From an uncultured Flavobacteriales bacterium (GTDB lineage: Bacteria; Bacteroidota; Bacteroidia; Flavobacteriales_D; Sanyastnellaceae), in NCBI GenBank assembly GCA_913051865.1, contig CAJXHE010000002.1, positions 8,828-72,827 on the forward strand: a DNA stretch of 64,000 nt, given 5' to 3'. The notes under the pieces are model-generated. The model was not told the DNA's origin. It searched no databases and was given only the letters and a program-made list of their open reading frames with translations. A program made the translations under genes and the position numbers. This document shows positions 1 through 9,669 of this stretch, one piece after another; position 1 is the first letter of the stretch, and each line of letters opens with the position of its first letter.

Positions 1-2
1 AA

Positions 3-1577
3 CAATTAGAGACCCCGAATTACGCAGCATTCATAGACATATCAAATGCCTTAGCCGAAGTTTCGAATAGAAAGGGCGGAGCGATGCAACTGGCGACCTA
101 TGTTAAAGGAGCAATAGGTGTAGGTCAACATGCCGCAAATCCATTCCTTCAAGAAACTCCGGATCCTGTATCAAAAGTTACTTGGGACAACTATGTGATG
201 ATGTCTAGAGTTGATATGGATGCGATGGGTTTGAACACCTACATTGCACAAGAAAATCCTGCATCAGTTGTAAAAGTTACTTCGGGGAAACACACTGTGA
301 CCCTGCCAGCATTTATGCAACCGGGTCAGAAACCAGGAACTGTTTCTATAGCCTTAGGCTATGGGAGAGGTTCTGAAGGAGAGAAAATAGGTAATGCGGC
401 ATACCAAACAGGAGAAAAGGGTCAACATATTATGTTGGACTCAGGCAAACCAATGCCTATTGGAGCTAATGCATTTCCATTTACCAGTCAAGACAACTAT
501 GACATAACCATTGAGCCTACAGGCACTGAATATCCATTGGCGAGTACTCAGCTTCACAGCACATACATGGGGCGTGAATCTGTTGTAAAAGAAACAAACT
601 TAAGTGCATATCTTGCTGAATCTAAAAAGAAAAAAGGAACAGCATCATGGAACAAGGCTCCTGCTTTAAATGTTCATGAAGATTTAAATCGCGATGGTGT
701 AATTGATTCCAGAGACAAGAAACCTGTTGCTGAATTCGATTTATGGAACAGTCATGCTGTTGAGGAGGTAGGTCATAGATGGGGCATGACCATTGATTTG
801 ACAACGTGTACGGGTTGCTCATCTTGCGTTACGGCGTGTCACATTGAGAATAATGTAAGTGTTGTAGGTAAAGATGAAGTTCTTCGTCATCGTGATATGC
901 ATTGGATGAGAATAGATAGATATTATGCTTCTGATTTTTCATTAGAAAAAGGTGAGGAGGAAGGTGTTGGTGTAATTGAAAGTTACTCTAGGATGGAAGA
1001 TCCCTCTGAAAACCCTCAAACTGTTCATATGCCAATGATGTGTCAACATTGCAATCATGCTCCTTGTGAGACTGTATGTCCTGTAGCAGCAACAACACAC
1101 AGCAATGAAGGCTTGAATCAAATGACATATAACCGTTGCATAGGAACGAGATATTGTGCAAACAACTGCCCATACAAGGTTCGTAGATTCAACTGGTTCA
1201 ACTACAAAGGACATTCAAAGTTTGAGAATGTTAATCCTGCTCATGATTCACTTGCTCGTCTAGTTCTTAATCCTGATGTTACAGTTCGTGCACGTGGAGT
1301 CATGGAAAAATGCTCTTTGTGTGTTCAAAGAATACAGTCAGCGAAGCTAGATGCAAAGAAGAAACAAGTAAAGTTGACTGATGATTTGATTTCTTGTGCA
1401 TGTTCGGATGCATGTGCTGCAGGGGCCATTAAATTTGGTGATTTGAATGACAAGGATTCAGCAGTATATAAGCAATCTCATAACAATCGCTCTTACCATG
1501 CTTTGGATGAGATTGGTGTAAAGCCAAATATTTTCTACCTCACCAAGGTGAGGAATGTAGATAGTAACGAAGCTTGA
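3..1577 (+). CDS. actB: Alternative complex III subunit ActB (molybdopterin-like / 4Fe-4S fusion protein), C-terminal part. The 5' end lies left of the window.
   Basis: The frame is open from nt 3 to the stop at 1575-1577, with no stop upstream of the listed Met at 84. Ferredoxin-type Cys clusters are present: CTGCSSCVTAC, CQHCNHAPCETVCP, CIGTRYCANNCP, CSLCVQR. It is followed by actC-F in canonical order. Confidence 0.85.
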   Translation, partial: QLETPNYAAFIDISNALAEVSNRKGGAMQLATYVKGAIGVGQHAANPFLQETPDPVSKVTWDNYVMMSRVDMDAMGLNTYIAQENPASVVKVTSGKHTVTLPAFMQPGQKPGTVSIALGYGRGSEGEKIGNAAYQTGEKGQHIMLDSGKPMPIGANAFPFTSQDNYDITIEPTGTEYPLASTQLHSTYMGRESVVKETNLSAYLAESKKKKGTASWNKAPALNVHEDLNRDGVIDSRDKKPVAEFDLWNSHAVEEVGHRWGMTIDLTTCTGCSSCVTACHIENNVSVVGKDEVLRHRDMHWMRIDRYYASDFSLEKGEEEGVGVIESYSRMEDPSENPQTVHMPMMCQHCNHAPCETVCPVAATTHSNEGLNQMTYNRCIGTRYCANNCPYKVRRFNWFNYKGHSKFENVNPAHDSLARLVLNPDVTVRARGVMEKCSLCVQRIQSAKLDAKKKQVKLTDDLISCACSDACAAGAIKFGDLNDKDSAVYKQSHNNRSYHALDEIGVKPNIFYLTKVRNVDSNEA

Positions 1578-1587
1578 TTTAACTACA

Positions 1588-2964
1588 ATGCAGAAAGAAT
1601 CAGCAATACGCGAACCGTTAATCCTAGGTCACAAGACTTATAAGGACATTACAGACGATGTGGTCGGACCAATTATGGAGCCTGCTTCACTCGGCTGGAA
1701 AATTCTGATCACCATTTCGAGCATCATTGCGATTTATGGCATTGGCTCAATTTTATATCTCATAAGCACAGGAATTGGCGTTTGGGGGTTAAATAAAACT
1801 GTGGGATGGGCTTGGGATATTACCAACTTCGTCTGGTGGGTCGGTATCGGTCATGCTGGCACCTTGATTTCTGCGGTACTACTGCTCTTCAGACAAAAAT
1901 GGCGTATGGCGATTAATCGGTCAGCAGAAGCAATGACCATCTTTGCAGTCATCATGGCTGCCGTTTTCCCAGGAATACATATGGGAAGGATTTGGTTGGC
2001 GTATTACGTTTTCCCATTGCCCAATCAATTCGGGTCACTTTGGGTCAATTTCAACAGTCCACTTCTTTGGGATGTATTTGCGATTTCCACCTACTTTTCA
2101 GTATCACTTGTATTCTGGTATGTGGGACTGATTCCTGATTTCGCGACGATTCGCGACAGGGTCACGAAGCCATTTGCAAAGAAGATGTATGGCATTATGA
2201 GTTTTGGTTGGAGTGGACGTGCAAAACATTGGAATCGTTTTGAAGAGCTCAGTTTGGTGCTTGCGGGGATTGCGACCCCACTGGTATTCTCTGTGCACTC
2301 GATTGTATCTATGGACTTTGCGACGTCGGTTATTCCAGGATGGCACACGACTATTTTCCCTCCTTACTTTGTTTCAGGAGCTGTATTTTCTGGGTTTGCC
2401 ATGGTCCAAACGCTCTTGCTCGTGATGCGCAAAGCATATAAACTCGAAGACTATATCCATGTGAAGCATGTCGAGTACATGAACATCGTGATTATTGTTA
2501 CTGGTTCCATTGTGGGTGTCGCTTATCTGACTGAGTTGTTTATTTCTTGGTATTCTGGTGTAGAGTATGAAAGCTATGCATTCATCAACCGTTTCTCAGG
2601 ACCTTATAAAGCCGCTTACTGGACGATGATGACCTGCAACGTAATAAGTCCCCAACTGTTCTGGTTCAAGAAAATTAGACGATCCTTGGTGGCGACATTC
2701 ATCTTGTCAATTGTGGTGAATATCGGAATGTGGTTTGAGCGTTACGTAATTATCGTCACCTCTCTTCACAGAGATTACCTGCCTTCTAGTTGGGGGGAGT
2801 TTATTCCTACAGCAACTGACGTAGGGATATTTATCGGCACACTGGGAATATTCCTGACCCTTTTCCTCACCTTTACAAGATTCTTTCCAGTACTCGCTTT
2901 GAATGAGCTCAAGACGATATTAAAGTCAAGCGGAGAGTCTTACAAAAATGAACAAGTCAAATAA
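1588..2964 (+). CDS. actC: Alternative complex III subunit ActC (NrfD/PsrC-like quinol-interacting membrane subunit)
   Basis: 458-aa polytopic membrane protein of the NrfD/polysulfide-reductase type. It starts 10 nt after the actB stop and sits in the expected position in the act operon. Confidence 0.85.
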   Translation: MQKESAIREPLILGHKTYKDITDDVVGPIMEPASLGWKILITISSIIAIYGIGSILYLISTGIGVWGLNKTVGWAWDITNFVWWVGIGHAGTLISAVLLLFRQKWRMAINRSAEAMTIFAVIMAAVFPGIHMGRIWLAYYVFPLPNQFGSLWVNFNSPLLWDVFAISTYFSVSLVFWYVGLIPDFATIRDRVTKPFAKKMYGIMSFGWSGRAKHWNRFEELSLVLAGIATPLVFSVHSIVSMDFATSVIPGWHTTIFPPYFVSGAVFSGFAMVQTLLLVMRKAYKLEDYIHVKHVEYMNIVIIVTGSIVGVAYLTELFISWYSGVEYESYAFINRFSGPYKAAYWTMMTCNVISPQLFWFKKIRRSLVATFILSIVVNIGMWFERYVIIVTSLHRDYLPSSWGEFIPTATDVGIFIGTLGIFLTLFLTFTRFFPVLALNELKTILKSSGESYKNEQVK

Positions 2965-3508
2965 TACCATCATGAAAAAGGTATTCCACGTCATGTATGA
3001 CGACGACGAAAAGCTACTGGTAGCAGCTCGTGAACTTGTAGGCAAGGGCATACATGTAAACGAAGTTTACTCACCATTTCCCATTCACGGGATTGATCCG
3101 GTGATTGGAATTAAGCGTACCCGATTGGCAATTACATCTTTCATGTATGCCATGTCAGGCTTGTCATTGGCCGTATTCTTTATGTGGTATACAATGATTT
3201 CTGATTGGCCTATGAATATCGGTGGAAAGCCAAGTTTTTCTTTGCTTGAAAATTTACCGGCTTTCATCCCCGTTTCATTTGAGTTCTCAGTTTTTTGTGC
3301 AGCCCATGGAATGGTCATTACGTACCTCCTTCGAAATGGAACACTTCCTGGAATGCCCGCTACAAATCCTGATCCCAGAACGACAGATGACAAGTTCGTC
3401 ATGGAGATTACAACAGATACAAATAGCATGAATGCTCAGGATCTTGAATCGGAAATAAAGAAAACAGATGTATTCGAACTAAGCATCAAAGATGTGAAGG
3501 AATCATGA
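2948..3508 (+). CDS. actD: Alternative complex III subunit ActD (DUF3341-type)
   Basis: 186 aa with a soluble N-terminal part (FHVMYDDDEKLL...VYSPFPIHG) followed by two hydrophobic helices. The start is either 2948, which overlaps actC by 17 nt, or the ATG at 2972. Confidence 0.75.
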   Translation: MNKSNNTIMKKVFHVMYDDDEKLLVAARELVGKGIHVNEVYSPFPIHGIDPVIGIKRTRLAITSFMYAMSGLSLAVFFMWYTMISDWPMNIGGKPSFSLLENLPAFIPVSFEFSVFCAAHGMVITYLLRNGTLPGMPATNPDPRTTDDKFVMEITTDTNSMNAQDLESEIKKTDVFELSIKDVKES

Positions 3509-4179
3509 TGCACAAAACAAAACAATACACCACGTTAGTGATTGTAGCTTTTGCTATGATGGCTTCATGTACAACAGATCCAAATAGTCCAGGTGTTGAA
3601 TACATGCCTGACATGTACAGATCTCCTGCGATAGAAGCTTACGTTGATTATGGTGAGGATCCTTACTATGTTACAGAGGAAGTGGCAGTGTCTCAACGTA
3701 ACAAGCAAAGTGCACGCAAGCCTGTTGCAGGTTCAATTGCATTTCAAGAAAAAGATAAGGCGCTTGTACTTCCATACCCTTATCCAAACACCACTGAAGG
3801 CTATGAATTGGCAGGAAAAGAGAATCGCTCTCCACTGCCGACTACCCTAGAGAATATTGAGGCAGGAGCGTTAAGTTTTGGATTAATGTGTTCTCATTGT
3901 CACGGGGAGAATGGAAAAGGAGATGGCGCCATTTCTAAAAATGGGCACATTCTTGGTATTCCCGATTTCTCAGGGAAATTGAAAGACCTCCCAGAAGGAA
4001 AGATGTATCACACTTTGATGTATGGCAAAGGTCTTATGGGTTCTCATGCATCTCAGATTTCTCCCAAAGGACTTTGGCAGATTGTACAATACATCAAAGT
4101 CATGCAAAATGGAGGCGAAATGCCTTCTTTTGACGAAAACGGTGTGGAGGTACTGACTGAAAATCAAAATAACAACTAA
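3505..4179 (+). CDS. actE: Alternative complex III subunit ActE (monohaem cytochrome c lipoprotein)
   Basis: Signal peptide with lipobox-like MMASC, and a single haem-c motif CSHCH. The start overlaps the actD stop in an ATGATG arrangement. Confidence 0.8.
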   Translation: MMHKTKQYTTLVIVAFAMMASCTTDPNSPGVEYMPDMYRSPAIEAYVDYGEDPYYVTEEVAVSQRNKQSARKPVAGSIAFQEKDKALVLPYPYPNTTEGYELAGKENRSPLPTTLENIEAGALSFGLMCSHCHGENGKGDGAISKNGHILGIPDFSGKLKDLPEGKMYHTLMYGKGLMGSHASQISPKGLWQIVQYIKVMQNGGEMPSFDENGVEVLTENQNNN

Positions 4180-4181
4180 CC

Positions 4182-5438
4182 ATGGAATTCAAATTTGAAG
4201 GACGTGCTAAGCTGATTACTCAAGTCTTAATGGCTGTAGGGTTAATTGCTCTTGTTGGAGGATATCTAACAGACCATTCTGATCATCACCAAAGATGGTG
4301 GGCGAATTTGCTAGTAAATGGTTTTTTCTATTTTTCTATTTCTTTGGCAGCATTGTTTTTCTATGCATTGCAATATGCTACAGAAAGCGCTTGGTCCGTT
4401 GTCATTAAACGTTTCTTAGAAGCCATGTTTGGCTATATGCCCTATGGTGCGGCTGTCATAGTCATCGTTTTGTTGGCTGGACATTTGGACTTACACCACT
4501 TGTATCATTGGATGGACTCCTCCCTTTATCATGAGTTTATGACTGTAGATGGTGGCGTGACTAAGTATGCTGACAAAGAAGTTTCAGGCGCTGTTGTGAA
4601 TCCGAACTACGATCACATCATTGCTGGAAAAAAAGGATATTTCTCAGCTTGGTTCTTCTGGTTACGGACAATTATTTACCTGATAACATTTCTAGGTTTT
4701 GCGATGTTGTTCCGGAAGTGGTCTCTTCAAGAAGACAAGGCACCCAATCTCGATTTACACTATAAAGTATTCCGTCGTAGCGCGTTATTCTTGGTATTTT
4801 TCGCAGTGTTCTCTTCAACACTATCCTGGGATTGGCTGATGTCGATCGACCCTCACTGGTTTAGTACACTCTATGGATGGTATTTGTTTTCCGGGATGTG
4901 GGTAGCGATGATCATCTTCACCCACGTCACGATTCTTTGGTTGAGAACACAAGGGTACTTTCAAGAAATTTCGAACAGTCACATGCACGATTTGGGGAAA
5001 TGGATGTTTGCAATCTCGATGTTGTGGAGCTACCTTTTCTTTAGCCAGTTTATGCTTATTTGGTATTCAAACATTCCGGAAGAAGTGACTTACTATGTGA
5101 GCCGAGTGTTCACAGATTATAAAGTTCCTTTCATTCTCATGTTTTTAATCAACTTTGTGGTTCCCTTTCTGGTCTTAATCTCTAGAGACACAAAAAGAAA
5201 CCCCAAGTTTATACTTCCTGTTGCTTTCCTCATATTTGTAGGACACTTTGCGGATGTCTATCTCTTGGTTATTCCAGGAACCATGTTTAACCACAATGTT
5301 TTTGGTCTTTTTGAAGTTGGATTGTTCCTTGGTTTCCTTGGATTGTTTATCAATCGAACATTATCGACGCTCTCAAAAGCGCCACTGATCGCTAGGAATC
5401 ATCCCATGCTTCAGGAATCAAAAGAATTACATTACTGA
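4182..5438 (+). CDS. actF: Alternative complex III subunit ActF (second NrfD-like membrane subunit)
   Basis: 418-aa polytopic membrane protein starting 2 nt after the actE stop. It is the last gene of the act cluster, directly before the oxidase genes. Confidence 0.75.
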   Translation: MEFKFEGRAKLITQVLMAVGLIALVGGYLTDHSDHHQRWWANLLVNGFFYFSISLAALFFYALQYATESAWSVVIKRFLEAMFGYMPYGAAVIVIVLLAGHLDLHHLYHWMDSSLYHEFMTVDGGVTKYADKEVSGAVVNPNYDHIIAGKKGYFSAWFFWLRTIIYLITFLGFAMLFRKWSLQEDKAPNLDLHYKVFRRSALFLVFFAVFSSTLSWDWLMSIDPHWFSTLYGWYLFSGMWVAMIIFTHVTILWLRTQGYFQEISNSHMHDLGKWMFAISMLWSYLFFSQFMLIWYSNIPEEVTYYVSRVFTDYKVPFILMFLINFVVPFLVLISRDTKRNPKFILPVAFLIFVGHFADVYLLVIPGTMFNHNVFGLFEVGLFLGFLGLFINRTLSTLSKAPLIARNHPMLQESKELHY

Positions 5439-5459
5439 CCCAGAAAACTAAGCTAACGA

Positions 5460-6803
5460 ATGAAACTTCTCATACTTTTAGTCATAGTTGTAGGCATTAT
5501 AGCCGTAGCTCAATTGGCTAAAATCTACCAACTCTCTGCACGTCTTCGTGGACATCGTGAAGAGGACATTTCTGAGGCGGATACCCGCTTACAGGGTTCA
5601 CTCTGGATTGTATTTATGTTTGTCTTATTTGGCACCACGATTTGGCAATTCGTTCGTTATGGTGATTATTTACCACCTTCTGCATCACTTCATGGAGAGG
5701 CTGTAGATATGTTAATGGGCTATAATCTGGCGCTTGTCATTTTTGTGTTCTTTGTTGTCAATGCACTCATTTTTATATTCTCATTTAAGTACAGATTTGA
5801 TAAGAATAGAACAGCGCACTTCTTCCCGCATGATACGCGTCTCGAAGTTATTTGGACCGTTATCCCATCTATTGTTTTAGCGGTTATTATTATTTACGGT
5901 CTTCAGACGTGGTCAGAAATGACTGGTCCAGCATCTGATGACTCTCTTCGCGTGGAGCTCTATTCAAAACAGTTTGATTGGACTGCACGTTACGCTGGGG
6001 ACGATGATGCATTTGGATCTACGAACTTCAACCTAATTACACCATTAAATCCCCTCGGTATCGTTACCCAGGACGGAATAGATCAAGCCCTTCTTAAAAT
6101 CGAAGACAAGATCGCTAAGTTGAATGAGGAACTCAATGCTGAGAAAGGTCACCTCTTGGCTGAGAAAGTTGAGCTCGAGCGTTCACTTCACCCATCAGAC
6201 GACCACGGACATTCAGGCCATGAACATTCAGATCATGATGATTCACATCATGAGATGACTGAGGGCTATAAGAATAATATTGAATCCAGACTCACTGCGA
6301 TTAATGATCTTCTTAATTCAGGGACTGCAAAGGTTATGACTGATGCTGCATATGAAGCTAAAGAAGATAAAATTTACCGTCTCAAGCGACACCGTCAACG
6401 TATTCTAGAACTTAAGAATTACGAAGTAGGAGATGGTTTTGATGCCTGGGAAGTTGGTAAAGACGATCGGATTGTAAAATCAGAATTCCACCTTCCCATT
6501 GGAAGAGAAATTGAATTTGTTTTCCGATCAAGAGATGTCCTTCATTCGGCGTTTATGCCTCACTTCAGAGCGCAGATGAATACCGTTCCCGGATTGCCTA
6601 CACGGTTTAAAATAGAAACGACTATTACAACGGACAGTATGCGTACCATCCTCGACAATCCTGACTTCAACTACATCCTTCTCTGTAATAAAGTGTGTGG
6701 CTCTGCCCACTTTAATATGCAGATGACCATTGTGGTTGAGACACAAGAAGAATACGATGCTTGGCTCTCTGAGCAGAAAGTTTACATGGCCGAAAAGAAC
6801 TGA
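5460..6803 (+). CDS. coxB: Cytochrome c oxidase subunit II (CuA subunit) carrying an unusual coiled-coil and His-rich insertion
   Basis: Two N-terminal TM helices. Cupredoxin CuA ligands are visible in DVLHSAFMPHF and CNKVCGSAHFNM (C-x3-C-x3-H-x2-M). At 447 aa it looks longer than I expect for this family. Confidence 0.9.
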   Translation: MKLLILLVIVVGIIAVAQLAKIYQLSARLRGHREEDISEADTRLQGSLWIVFMFVLFGTTIWQFVRYGDYLPPSASLHGEAVDMLMGYNLALVIFVFFVVNALIFIFSFKYRFDKNRTAHFFPHDTRLEVIWTVIPSIVLAVIIIYGLQTWSEMTGPASDDSLRVELYSKQFDWTARYAGDDDAFGSTNFNLITPLNPLGIVTQDGIDQALLKIEDKIAKLNEELNAEKGHLLAEKVELERSLHPSDDHGHSGHEHSDHDDSHHEMTEGYKNNIESRLTAINDLLNSGTAKVMTDAAYEAKEDKIYRLKRHRQRILELKNYEVGDGFDAWEVGKDDRIVKSEFHLPIGREIEFVFRSRDVLHSAFMPHFRAQMNTVPGLPTRFKIETTITTDSMRTILDNPDFNYILLCNKVCGSAHFNMQMTIVVETQEEYDAWLSEQKVYMAEKN

Positions 6804-6805
6804 TT

Positions 6806-8557
6806 ATGGGAAATATCAATCATAAGGAAAGCTTCATTTCGAAGTATATTTTTACATACGATCACAAGATGATCTCTAAGCAATTCCTCATAACTGCAAT
6901 CGTTATGGGAATTCTGGGTGTATCGCTGTCCATTCTTTTTCGACTTCAACTGGGTTGGCCAGGAGAGAGTTTCGCAATCCTTGAAACGTTCCTTGGAAAA
7001 TGGGCTCCTGGAGGCGTTTTAGATAGAAATGCCTACTTGGCGCTTGTAACAATTCACGGAACAATTATGGTGTTCTTTGTTTTAACCGCAGGCTTGTCCG
7101 GGACATTCTCTAACCTTCTTATTCCACTTCAAATTGGCGCAAGAGATATGGCTTCGGGCTTCCTCAATATGCTTAGCTACTGGTTTTTTGTGATTTCATG
7201 TGTCGTGATGATTTTCTCGCTTTTTGTAGAGGGCGGCGCAGCATCTGGGGGATGGACAATTTACCCTCCTTTAAGTGCATTGCCTCAGGCCATGCCTGGT
7301 TCTGGAACGGGAATGACCCTCTGGCTCTTATCCATGACTTTGTTTGTGGTTTCTTCTCTCTTGGGCTCACTTAACTACATTGTTACGATTGTCAACTTGA
7401 GAACAAAGGGGTTAAGCATGACACGTTTGCCTCTTACCATTTGGGCGTTTTTTGTAACAGCCATTCTCGGTGTGCTTTCTTTCCCAGTTTTGGTTTCAGC
7501 AATCGTCTTACTTCTGATGGATAGAATGATGGGGACAGCGTTTTACTTAAGCGACATCTTCATTGGAGGTGAGGCATTAGACGCCACTGGAGGATCTCCG
7601 ATTCTTTATCAGCACCTTTTCTGGTTCTTAGGTCACCCAGAGGTTTACATTGTTCTGCTTCCTGCTTTAGGAATCAGTTCAGAAGTTATCGCTACGAATT
7701 CTCGAAAACCGATCTTCGGATACAAGGCCATGGTAGGCTCAATCATTGCGATTGGATTTCTATCTTTTATTGTTTGGGCACATCATATGTTTGTCACGGG
7801 AATGAATCCATTCCTGGGATCGGTATTTGTTTTCACGACTTTGCTTATTGCGATTCCTTCAGCAGTGAAGGCGTTTAACTACATCACAACCCTGTGGAGA
7901 GGAAATATCCGTTTCACACCAGCTATGCTCTTTAGTATTGGTCTTGTGAGCACCTTCGTCACAGGAGGATTGACAGGTATTATTCTTGCAGATTCGGCAC
8001 TTGACGTGACGCTTCATGATACATACTTCGTGGTAGGGCACTTCCATATTGTGATGGGTCTCTCGGCGATCTTTGGTTTGTTTGCAGGTGTTTACCATTG
8101 GTTCTCGAAGATGTTTGGAAGGATGATGAATACCAAGCTGGGGTATGTTCACTTCTGGTTTACCATCGTTTGCGGATACGGCGTATTCTTCCCGATGCAC
8201 TTTGTCGGTTTGGCTGGAGCGCCTCGAAGGTATTATGATTCAACGAGTTTCGATTTCCTCGATTCAGTGACAGACCTTCAGCCGATTATTTCGATGTTTG
8301 CGATTGTTGGCGCACTGGCTCAGTTGGTTTTCATGTTCAACTTCTTTTACAGCATTTTCAGAGGTCAAGCAGCTACTCAGAATCCTTGGAAATCGAACAC
8401 ATTGGAGTGGACTACTCCTGTAGAACATATTCATGGCAACTGGTCTGGAGCATTGCCAGAAGTTCATCGTTGGCCTTACGATTACAGCAATCCCGCGCAT
8501 GATGAAGACTTTGTGTTGCAGACGACCCCTCTTAAAGATGGGGAGGTCGGACACTGA
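6806..8557 (+). CDS. coxA: Cytochrome c oxidase subunit I (haem-copper oxidase catalytic subunit)
   Basis: 583-aa 12-TM protein with signature motifs GHPEVYI, WAHHMF and HDTYFVVGHFH. It starts 2 nt after the coxB stop. Confidence 0.95.
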   Translation: MGNINHKESFISKYIFTYDHKMISKQFLITAIVMGILGVSLSILFRLQLGWPGESFAILETFLGKWAPGGVLDRNAYLALVTIHGTIMVFFVLTAGLSGTFSNLLIPLQIGARDMASGFLNMLSYWFFVISCVVMIFSLFVEGGAASGGWTIYPPLSALPQAMPGSGTGMTLWLLSMTLFVVSSLLGSLNYIVTIVNLRTKGLSMTRLPLTIWAFFVTAILGVLSFPVLVSAIVLLLMDRMMGTAFYLSDIFIGGEALDATGGSPILYQHLFWFLGHPEVYIVLLPALGISSEVIATNSRKPIFGYKAMVGSIIAIGFLSFIVWAHHMFVTGMNPFLGSVFVFTTLLIAIPSAVKAFNYITTLWRGNIRFTPAMLFSIGLVSTFVTGGLTGIILADSALDVTLHDTYFVVGHFHIVMGLSAIFGLFAGVYHWFSKMFGRMMNTKLGYVHFWFTIVCGYGVFFPMHFVGLAGAPRRYYDSTSFDFLDSVTDLQPIISMFAIVGALAQLVFMFNFFYSIFRGQAATQNPWKSNTLEWTTPVEHIHGNWSGALPEVHRWPYDYSNPAHDEDFVLQTTPLKDGEVGH

Positions 8558-8582
8558 TTCTCATTCTTGATAAAATGTTATA

Positions 8583-8617
8583 AACCCCTCGATATCTTTT
8601 CGAGGGGTTTTTCTTTT
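8583..8617 (+). terminator. Rho-independent terminator after coxA
   Basis: Stem CCCCTCGA (8585-8592), 7-nt loop, stem TCGAGGGG (8600-8607), followed by TTTTTCTTTT. It lies 26 nt after the coxA stop. Confidence 0.8.
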
Positions 8618-8633
8618 CGATTAACTTGCACAC

Positions 8634-9665
8634 ATGGAGCCAAACGAAGAGTTTGACATGAGAGACAGTGATGCACACCGTTCGGATATTGAATTCGAAC
8701 GTGTGCTAAGACCTGCACAGTTTGAAGATTTCACCGGTCAACGTGCAGCGATGGACAACCTGCAAATATTTGTTGCAGCTGCCCGACAACGCAATGAATC
8801 CCTTGACCATCTTTTACTTCATGGGCCTCCAGGATTAGGAAAGACGACACTTGCAAACATTGTTGCGAATGAGATGGGGGTAAAAATCCGTACAACCTCA
8901 GGACCAGTTCTTGATAAGCCTGGTGATCTCGCTGGACTGTTAACCAGTTTAGAGGTGAATGACATTCTTTTTATAGATGAGATTCACAGGCTTAGTGCAG
9001 TCGTAGAAGAATACCTATACAGCGCAATGGAGGATTATAGGATAGACTTGGTCATCGACTCTGGTCCAAATGCGAGGACTGTCCAAATTGATTTGAATCC
9101 CTTTACACTCATAGGCGCGACGACGAGATCAGGTCTCTTAACAGCACCGCTTAGAGCCAGGTTTGGCATAAATCTCAGGCTGCAGTATTACGACGCGAAA
9201 ACATTGACTGACATTGTTGAACGGAGCGCTGGAATCTTAGACATTACACATGATCTAGCTGCAGCACATGAAATTGCTTCTCGAAGCAGAGGAACCCCTA
9301 GAATTGCAAATGCCCTTTTGCGGAGGGTACGAGATTTTGCCCAGATTAAAGGTGACGGAACGATTACAACTGCGGTTACTGATTATGCGCTCGATGCGTT
9401 GCAAGTCGATAAACGTGGATTAGATGAGATGGACAATCGAATTTTATCGGCGCTGATTGATAAATTTGCAGGTGGACCAGTAGGGATGACGACGCTGGCA
9501 ACTGCCATAGGAGAAAATGCAGGAACCCTAGAAGAGGTGTATGAGCCATTCCTCATTCAGGAGGGCTTGTTGGTTAGAACGCAAAGGGGGAGGCAGGCAA
9601 CAAAAGCCGCGTTTGAGCATTTGGGACGGACACCAAGCGCCACGTCTGGGAGCTTATTCGATTAG
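8634..9665 (+). CDS. ruvB: Holliday junction branch migration helicase RuvB
   Basis: Walker [10 protein letters not shown], Walker B/sensor region [10 protein letters not shown], and the C-terminal winged-helix region typical of RuvB. 343 aa. Confidence 0.95.
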   Translation: MEPNEEFDMRDSDAHRSDIEFERVLRPAQFEDFTGQRAAMDNLQIFVAAARQRNESLDHLLLHGPPGLGKTTLANIVANEMGVKIRTTSGPVLDKPGDLAGLLTSLEVNDILFIDEIHRLSAVVEEYLYSAMEDYRIDLVIDSGPNARTVQIDLNPFTLIGATTRSGLLTAPLRARFGINLRLQYYDAKTLTDIVERSAGILDITHDLAAAHEIASRSRGTPRIANALLRRVRDFAQIKGDGTITTAVTDYALDALQVDKRGLDEMDNRILSALIDKFAGGPVGMTTLATAIGENAGTLEEVYEPFLIQEGLLVRTQRGRQATKAAFEHLGRTPSATSGSLFD

Positions 9666-9669
9666 CACA

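Noticed and set aside
1-8557. The actBCDEF-coxBA supercluster as a novel respiratory system
   Set aside because: The juxtaposition of alternative complex III with an aa3-type oxidase is well established in Bacteroidota. Only the CoxB insertion is unusual, and that is reported separately.
9541-9669. Long N-terminal extension of queG overlapping ruvB by 125 nt
   Set aside because: The extension has no QueG-like sequence. The ATG at 9670, 4 nt after the ruvB stop, gives a normal QueG N-terminus.
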